Program-made: the position numbers and the translations under genes | Shown: piece after piece, positions 32,944 to 38,788 of the stretch | Position numbering within the stretch: position 1 is the first letter of the stretch | Layout: every line of letters starts with the position of its first letter | DNA from: Alphaproteobacteria bacterium | GTDB lineage: Bacteria; Pseudomonadota; Alphaproteobacteria; Rs-D84 | Direction: 5' to 3' | Assembly: GCA_017392345.1 (NCBI GenBank) | Contig: JAFOVN010000022.1 | Span: 1 to 38,788 of the forward strand | Length of the DNA: 38,788 bases | Notes under the pieces: generated by a model | Databases searched by the model: none | Told to the model about the DNA's origin: nothing | What the model saw: the letters and a program-made list of their open reading frames with translations, nothing else

Positions 32944-33258
32944 ATGAAAAAATTCACAAAAACTGTTGAAAATTTTACCTGCGCACACTGTGGTGCAACT
33001 GTCACGGGCAATGGATACACAAACCATTGCCCGCGGTGTTTATGGTCGCGTCATGTTGATAATAATCCCGGCGACCGCGCATCCACATGTGGCGGTATGA
33101 TGGAACCGATTTCCGCCGAACCGTCCGGTGACGGATTTATCATCACACACAAATGTCAAAAGTGCGGAAAAACGATTCGCCAACACAGCGCCGAAAACGA
33201 TGATATTGATGAAATCATCAAACTATCATCGAATTCGGATTTTATTTTTGGTAAATAA
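32944..33258 (+). CDS. RNHCP-domain zinc-ribbon protein
   Basis: FTCAHCGATVTGNGYTNHCPRCLWSRHVD...CGGMMEP...HKCQKCG. The ATG at 32944 is preferred over the overlapping GTG at 32932. Confidence 0.7.
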   Translation: MKKFTKTVENFTCAHCGATVTGNGYTNHCPRCLWSRHVDNNPGDRASTCGGMMEPISAEPSGDGFIITHKCQKCGKTIRQHSAENDDIDEIIKLSSNSDFIFGK

Positions 33259-34827
33259 TCACTTATCTTTCGCCGCGGCCACAAAGGCGTTAAACAACGG
33301 ATGCCCTGTGAACGGATTACTTTGAAATTCCGGATGAAATTGCCCCGCGACAAAGAACCTGTGCGACGGTATCTCTATCATTTCCGGCAACTTACCGTCT
33401 GGCGACATTCCCGAAATAATCATACCGTTTTTCTCTAACGCATCTTTGTATTCGATATTCACTTCGTACCAGTGCCTGTGTCGTTCGGAAATATGATTTG
33501 AACCATAGATTTTTTCGGCCAGTGTCCCGGATTTAATCTCACACGGGTACGCACCCAAACGCAAAGTTCCACCCATATTTTCCGCGTCGCAATCGCGCAT
33601 AATATCTATGACCGGCGTGCAATTTTTTGTAAATTCCGTAGAATTCGCGTTTTCATCACCAGCGACATCACGCATAAATTCTATGACGGCGACCTGCATT
33701 CCCAAACAAATACCCATATACGGAACATTATTTTCACGCGCATACCGCGCCGCGGCAATTTTGCCTTCGACCCCACGCACCCCAAAACCACCGGGCACAA
33801 GAATCGCATCAACATCCGCGCAATCTGTGTCTGAAAAATTTTCCGCATCTATCTTTTTTATCTTCACACGCACATTGTTTTGAATTCCTGCATGAAACAA
33901 CGCCTCGTTCAACGATTTATACGCATCCGCCACATCAAAGTATTTTCCAACCACACCAACGGTGCATACCGGTAAATCCGCATTCAAATACTGTTCTATT
34001 TTTTTAATTTTCGACATATCACCGGTGGCCTCTGGCAAACCAAAGTGTTGCGCCATTATATTGAAAACATCTTGTCCGTCATAAACCAACGGAATCTTGT
34101 ATATATTATCAACATCCATACTGGTAATAACGTTTTTCGCCGGCAAATTACAGAACATACCAATCTTTGCGCGTTCATCCGCGGTCAGCATACGCGGCGA
34201 CCGCACAAACAAAACATCCGCCTGAATCCCGTTTTCAAGGAGTCTACGCACAGACATCTGGGTCGGTTTGGTTTTCAATTCACCGCTTTGTTCCAAATAC
34301 GGCGCAAGTGTTAAATGCGCGAACATAACATTTCGGCGACCCACCTCGTTTGCAAATTGTCGAATCGATTCAAGAAAAACTTTGCCTTCGATATCACCGA
34401 CCGTGCCACCGATTTCACAAATAACAAAATCAGTATCCGTTGGCACACCAATATGTTCTTTTATCTTGTTCGTGACATGCGGAATCATTTGCACCGTCGC
34501 ACCCAAATAGTCCCCACGACGTTCGGCATTTAATACCTCCCAATAAATACGACCGCCCGACACCGAATCGTTTTTAGACAGTTTTATACCCAAAAATCGT
34601 TCATAATACCCAAGGTCCAAATCCGTTTCAAACCCGTCATTGGTGACATATACTTCGCCATGTTGTAACGGCGACATTGTCCCCGGGTCCACATTCAAAT
34701 ATGGGTCAAATTTGCGCACATGAACGCTGTATCCACGGGATTGCAAAAGGGCGCCCAACGATGCCGCCGAAACGCCCTTGCCTAAACTTGAAACGACCCC
34801 ACCGGTCACAAATATATATTTCGACAT
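33259..34827 (-). CDS. pyrG: CTP synthase
   Basis: MSKYIFVTGGVVSSLGKG, the glutamine amidotransferase domain GICLGMQ, and HRHWYEVN. The ATG at 34827 has an AAGGAG SD. The stop abuts the RNHCP stop with 0 nt between them. Confidence 0.95.
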   Translation of the reverse strand: MSKYIFVTGGVVSSLGKGVSAASLGALLQSRGYSVHVRKFDPYLNVDPGTMSPLQHGEVYVTNDGFETDLDLGYYERFLGIKLSKNDSVSGGRIYWEVLNAERRGDYLGATVQMIPHVTNKIKEHIGVPTDTDFVICEIGGTVGDIEGKVFLESIRQFANEVGRRNVMFAHLTLAPYLEQSGELKTKPTQMSVRRLLENGIQADVLFVRSPRMLTADERAKIGMFCNLPAKNVITSMDVDNIYKIPLVYDGQDVFNIMAQHFGLPEATGDMSKIKKIEQYLNADLPVCTVGVVGKYFDVADAYKSLNEALFHAGIQNNVRVKIKKIDAENFSDTDCADVDAILVPGGFGVRGVEGKIAAARYARENNVPYMGICLGMQVAVIEFMRDVAGDENANSTEFTKNCTPVIDIMRDCDAENMGGTLRLGAYPCEIKSGTLAEKIYGSNHISERHRHWYEVNIEYKDALEKNGMIISGMSPDGKLPEMIEIPSHRFFVAGQFHPEFQSNPFTGHPLFNAFVAAAKDK

Positions 34828-34906
34828 AAGTTTTTTCTCCTTATGTGTAAAAATTCTACAAAAAATCGTGGTTGCCAATCAATAATAAAATCCTATAATA
34901 TGCCCC

Positions 34907-36838
34907 ATGAAAAAATTTCTGTATAATCAACGCGAAAATTTATTTTTATGGTCACCGATTGTGACGGCGTTCGGTATTGCACTTTATTTTTCATTATTTA
35001 ACGAACCAAAGATTACCACACTTGCAATTATGTTTATAATTGGTATTGCCGCAATAATCGCACTGCGGCGGCGACCATTTTTTGCAATCATCGCATGTTT
35101 TATATTGGGCTTTGGATACGCCGGAATATACACGCATATAAAAACAGTTCCAATGCTGCGCCACGATATCCACGACATTGAAATAACCGGTCGCGTAACA
35201 GAAATTGACACTGGTGGCGAAAAGACAAAAATATACATGCGCACTGAAAACTTTGGGAAAGTCCGCGTATCAACAACCGACACAATCAATATAAAAATTG
35301 GTGACACAATATCCGGCAATGGCGGCCTATTCAAACCAAAACCTGCGGACATACCACATGGATTTGATTTTGCAAGGCATATGTATTTCAAAAACCTTTC
35401 CGCAACCGGATATTTGCGCGACACAAAAATTATCTATACGCCGGATTCTGGCGTATACAGCGTTCGCGAACCCATACACGAATTATCAAAATCTTTTCTA
35501 ACAGACACACTTGTTTTGGGTTATAAAAACGCCCTGCCCGATGGGCATCGCGACACATGGGCAACAAATGGCATAGCACACATTTGGTCAATCAGTGGTT
35601 ATCATATGACACTTATTGGTGGTTGGTTATTCATATTGTTTTATTTTATATTCAGACTAATTCCGCCCCTTGTTCGTCATGTTCCCGCACGTATACCTGC
35701 CCTTGCCTGCACATGGATTGGATTACTTGGGTATATTTTTATATCCGGCGCCGGCGTTGCAACACTGCGCGCATTTATCATGGCAACGCTTGTTATGGTG
35801 GCATTTATGTTTGGACGCAACGCATTATCATTGCGCATGATATCAATTGCACTTTTTGCAATTATGATTTTCAATCCATATTATGTAATGACCGCGGGGT
35901 TTCAGTTATCTTTTGCCGCAATTTTTGGAATCATATGGTTGTGGCAAAACATGAACCCACGAACACCAAATTCAAAAGCATTAAAATATGTCTATACGGC
36001 GATTTTAACCGCATTGGTGGCAACGGTATTTACCGCACCATTTATAATTTTACACTTTGGGGCAATACCGATTTACGGTATTATCGGCAACATTATATTC
36101 CTGCCAATCTTTTCTTTTATCATAATGCCACTTGTTATCATTGGCACAATGTGCGCATGCGTTGGAATACATACGCCACTTGAAATCGCACACATAATAT
36201 ACGACCGTGCATACTCAATCGCCGAAAAGTTATCACAAATACCATATTCAGAAATCACAATCGGCAATATACCAAACGGCGCAATTATACTAACAATTAT
36301 CGGTTTTGCATGTTTAATCTTTATCAAAGATGATACAAGTTTTAAAAATTTCTTCGCCCGCCACATTGGACCGGTATCCGCAATTTTATTTATCTGTGCC
36401 GGCATAACCATTTGCACAACAACCGAAAAACCAATTTTTTATATAAGCCACGACCACAAACTTATCGCCACACCGATCAACGGCAAATTACAATTCAACA
36501 AATCACACGACAGTGGAAATTATTTTGCCTTTGATAATTGGAAGAAATTTAACAGTGAAAAAACCGGTACGGAAAATTTACGCTATACGGCTGAATCCGG
36601 CGTATACACAATTTCACAACAAAATTTTGACATTGTTTATTTCAAAAATTTTGTATCACTTTCTAAACACTTTTCAAACCTTTGCGATAATCCACACATA
36701 AAATATATCGCATCAAACTTTGATATAAAATCTGAAAAATGTGCGGACAAAATCATCCATGGTGGTGGCGTTATATACAAATCTGGGAAAATGATTCAGA
36801 TTCCATCTAATCGGTGGTGGCATAATCGGCCTGAATAA
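34907..36838 (+). CDS. comEC: ComEC/Rec2-family DNA internalisation channel protein (no obvious metallo-beta-lactamase domain)
   Basis: An N-terminal OB-like/DUF4131 region is followed by the competence domain with NGIAHIWSISGYHMTLIGG and many TM helices. The C-terminal ~150 aa lack an HxHxDH motif. Confidence 0.8.
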   Translation: MKKFLYNQRENLFLWSPIVTAFGIALYFSLFNEPKITTLAIMFIIGIAAIIALRRRPFFAIIACFILGFGYAGIYTHIKTVPMLRHDIHDIEITGRVTEIDTGGEKTKIYMRTENFGKVRVSTTDTINIKIGDTISGNGGLFKPKPADIPHGFDFARHMYFKNLSATGYLRDTKIIYTPDSGVYSVREPIHELSKSFLTDTLVLGYKNALPDGHRDTWATNGIAHIWSISGYHMTLIGGWLFILFYFIFRLIPPLVRHVPARIPALACTWIGLLGYIFISGAGVATLRAFIMATLVMVAFMFGRNALSLRMISIALFAIMIFNPYYVMTAGFQLSFAAIFGIIWLWQNMNPRTPNSKALKYVYTAILTALVATVFTAPFIILHFGAIPIYGIIGNIIFLPIFSFIIMPLVIIGTMCACVGIHTPLEIAHIIYDRAYSIAEKLSQIPYSEITIGNIPNGAIILTIIGFACLIFIKDDTSFKNFFARHIGPVSAILFICAGITICTTTEKPIFYISHDHKLIATPINGKLQFNKSHDSGNYFAFDNWKKFNSEKTGTENLRYTAESGVYTISQQNFDIVYFKNFVSLSKHFSNLCDNPHIKYIASNFDIKSEKCADKIIHGGGVIYKSGKMIQIPSNRWWHNRPE

Positions 36839-37550
36839 AGTAAAGTCCGCACGCCGGTGCCGTTGCCCCCGCCGCCGAACGATTGCGTGCCGCAAAAATT
36901 TCATTTATATCATATGGTGTCCCAAGCCCGATTTCAACCAATGTTCCAACCATATTTCGAACCTGGTGATGCAAAAATGAACGCGCCGAAAAATCAAAAA
37001 CGATTAAATCGTCTTTTTTTTCTATACGGCAAGAATCAAGGGTTTTTATCGGGCTTTTCGCCTGGCACTGCGACGCACGAAATGATGTAAAATCATGCTT
37101 TCCAACCAAAGCCCGCGCCGCATCACGCATTTTTTTAACATTTAATTTCCGTGGCACCCACCAAGCACGATTTTTATCCAACACCGGCGGTGCCGAACGA
37201 TTTAGAATAATATATTTATAATGCCGCATAACACACGAAAAACGCGCATTAAAATCATCGGGAACAATTTCGCAATCAACCACCGACACCGGTGCATCAT
37301 TCAGGTAAAAATTCACCGCCCGCATAACCGTATTCGCATCCACATCGGAATCCAAATCAAAATGCGCAACCATTGCAACCGCATGCACCCCCGCATCCGT
37401 CCGCCCCGCCCCAACGACATCCGGTCGCACACCACAGAATTTTTCAATCGCATCTTTTAACAACGATTGCACCGATGGCCCCTGGCGATTTTCCTGCCAG
37501 CCAATCAGATTCGTTCCATCATATTCAAAGATTACTTTATATCGCGTCAT
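36807..37550 (-). CDS. truA: tRNA pseudouridine(38-40) synthase TruA
   Basis: YKVIFEYDGTNLIGWQ, GAGRTDAGVHA (catalytic Asp), FLHHQVRNMVG. The 3' end overlaps comEC by 32 nt. Confidence 0.93.
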   Translation of the reverse strand: MTRYKVIFEYDGTNLIGWQENRQGPSVQSLLKDAIEKFCGVRPDVVGAGRTDAGVHAVAMVAHFDLDSDVDANTVMRAVNFYLNDAPVSVVDCEIVPDDFNARFSCVMRHYKYIILNRSAPPVLDKNRAWWVPRKLNVKKMRDAARALVGKHDFTSFRASQCQAKSPIKTLDSCRIEKKDDLIVFDFSARSFLHHQVRNMVGTLVEIGLGTPYDINEIFAARNRSAAGATAPACGLYFIQADYATTD

Positions 37551-37554
37551 TATT

Positions 37555-37764
37555 TTACCTTTGCACAGAACAACACGATGTGCACATTGGATTCACACCC
37601 TTAAAATAATCAATAGTACTAGTACAATTATCAGGTGGAAACTCAGAGCATAACACACCCCTGCATTCTTTTTCTGAACAATTCAGACACATACATTTGC
37701 CATTTTTATTATGTTGTGAAATTACTACTTGTTGTTTTTTACTCAAACAATATTTTTCTTCCAT
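37555..37764 (-). CDS. Small Cys-rich protein B (69 aa, 10 Cys)
   Basis: A GGAGAA SD lies 6 nt before the ATG at 37764, and the stop is 4 nt before the truA start. Pattern: C-x17-C-x-C-x2-C-x4-C-x4-C-x7-C-x13-C-x2-CC. The gene is AT-rich. Confidence 0.55.
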   Translation of the reverse strand: MEEKYCLSKKQQVVISQHNKNGKCMCLNCSEKECRGVLCSEFPPDNCTSTIDYFKGVNPMCTSCCSVQR

Positions 37765-37780
37765 CTTTATTCTCCAAACT

Positions 37781-38068
37781 TTATCTCAAATAACCATTTT
37801 TCTTATATTGCGCCATACACCCAATGCACCTATTTGACAAAGATTTTGCAAATTCTTGTTCTAATTGTTTTGGCCAATCACACTCTTCGCATTTACTATG
37901 ATCCGTCTGCACACAATCAACACACCTGCAAGGGGTCTTTGAACCAATAACCACCCCAACCCCATTTTGACCAATATGTTCAAAAGTCCCGCTTTGATTG
38001 TATTCTGATTTCGCAACCCTTGTGTTTTTATATGCACAATAAGTATCATATTCTCGTTCATTACTCAT
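37781..38068 (-). CDS. Small Cys-rich protein A (95 aa, 8 Cys)
   Basis: The ATG at 38068 lies 2 nt after the fmt stop, with a GGGGAA SD inside the fmt 3' end. Pattern: C-x35-C-x-C-x2-C-x7-C-x2-C-x17-C-x2-C. The tracked extension to 38125 overlaps fmt. Confidence 0.55.
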   Translation of the reverse strand: MSNEREYDTYCAYKNTRVAKSEYNQSGTFEHIGQNGVGVVIGSKTPCRCVDCVQTDHSKCEECDWPKQLEQEFAKSLSNRCIGCMAQYKKNGYLR

Positions 38069-38070
38069 TT

Positions 38071-38788
38071 TTATTCCCCAAACTTTATTTCTGCACCACG
38101 CAGTCCATTTACAAAACTTTTCCAATCCATCGGTTTTTTACCCGCGGGTTGAATTGTTAAAATTTCCAAATTATCACCATTCATTTTTGTCTTTAAAATC
38201 TTAACATCAATTCCGTTTATTTTTGTCCGACCCGCGCCCATGCTGCGGATCAAATTATGTATTTCAATCGGCGATTTTTTCCAATCGATAATTTCGTCGT
38301 ATACACCGGTTTTCGCCGTATAGACAATTTTTCCACTTTGCGGAATCGGTGAATATTTTTGCGGGTTTTCCATATATTCCAAAATCATATCCGCGCCAAT
38401 TTTTGAAACCTTTTGTTCAACAGTTTCGGTTGTGTCATCAATATCAATATCAAACCTGCGACACATTAAAATATCACCCGCGTCCAGTTCCGCCACCATT
38501 TTCATCAAACAAACACCGCTTTCCGTGTCCCCATTTTTAATTGCGGTTATAATCGGCGAAGGCCCACGATACAGTGGCAACAAACTTGGGTGCAAATTTA
38601 CACACGGCGCCGAATTCAAAACATTATCACGCAATATCGCACCATATGCCGCAACAAAGACCATATCGGGCGTAAAATTATATTCGGCGGGTTTATGATA
38701 GACCGGCAACCCCCGCGATTCCGCCCACACGTGCACCGGCGATTTTGTAATAACATGCTTTCGCCCAACCGGCTTTGGCGCGCGTGTA
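38071..38788 (-). CDS. fmt: Methionyl-tRNA formyltransferase (5' end lies outside the window)
   Basis: The frame stays open to the window edge (RAPKPVGRKHVITKSPVHVWAESRGLPV). Motifs include VNLHPSLLPLYRGPSPI and a C-terminal beta-barrel domain. Confidence 0.9.
   Translation of the reverse strand, partial: TRAPKPVGRKHVITKSPVHVWAESRGLPVYHKPAEYNFTPDMVFVAAYGAILRDNVLNSAPCVNLHPSLLPLYRGPSPIITAIKNGDTESGVCLMKMVAELDAGDILMCRRFDIDIDDTTETVEQKVSKIGADMILEYMENPQKYSPIPQSGKIVYTAKTGVYDEIIDWKKSPIEIHNLIRSMGAGRTKINGIDVKILKTKMNGDNLEILTIQPAGKKPMDWKSFVNGLRGAEIKFGE

Overview
This is a gene-dense (about 90% coding) 38.8-kb chromosomal segment. It most likely comes from a reduced-genome alphaproteobacterium. That placement is an inference from marker genes: GapR/DUF2312, an alpha-type AddB, a DUF721/DciA-like protein and a C-terminal J-domain protein. 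The backbone is housekeeping: xerD(partial)-Jdomain-trxB-serS-typA, recA, secB, mltA, ruvC, yebC, ruvA, mnmE, an acyl-CoA ligase, xthA, addB-yihA-rsmI, an LpoA-like lipoprotein, pyk, gapR, pyrG, comEC, truA and fmt(partial). No tRNA, rRNA, CRISPR array, transposase or phage genes were seen. Several things stand out from the backbone. (1) An AT-rich island of six glycosyltransferase-like genes (5.4-11.1 kb) lies between typA and recA, and three of them sit directly downstream of recA on the same strand. (2) A modular GC-rich palindromic repeat family occurs as a 61-bp tandem array upstream of recA, as mosaic REP-like clusters at 15.1-15.3 kb and 18.7-18.9 kb (including a 47/48-nt inverted pair 3.7 kb apart), and apparently in frame inside mnmE. 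(3) A structured region with mutually exclusive hairpins lies next to an orphan secreted protein. (4) The ruv locus is interrupted by an AT-rich orphan ORF, a TfoX_N gene and a signal-peptide-less subtilase-like gene that is translationally coupled to ruvA where ruvB would be expected. (5) Two tandem small Cys-rich ORFs sit between fmt and truA and share a duplicated junction sequence. (6) Most convergent gene pairs abut or overlap at their 3' ends. No known defence or secretion system is recognisable. The best candidates for something undescribed are the Cys-rich ORF pair, the repeat family with its in-frame copy, and the ruvA-coupled protease. All functional calls rest on motif recognition by eye, because no searches could be run.
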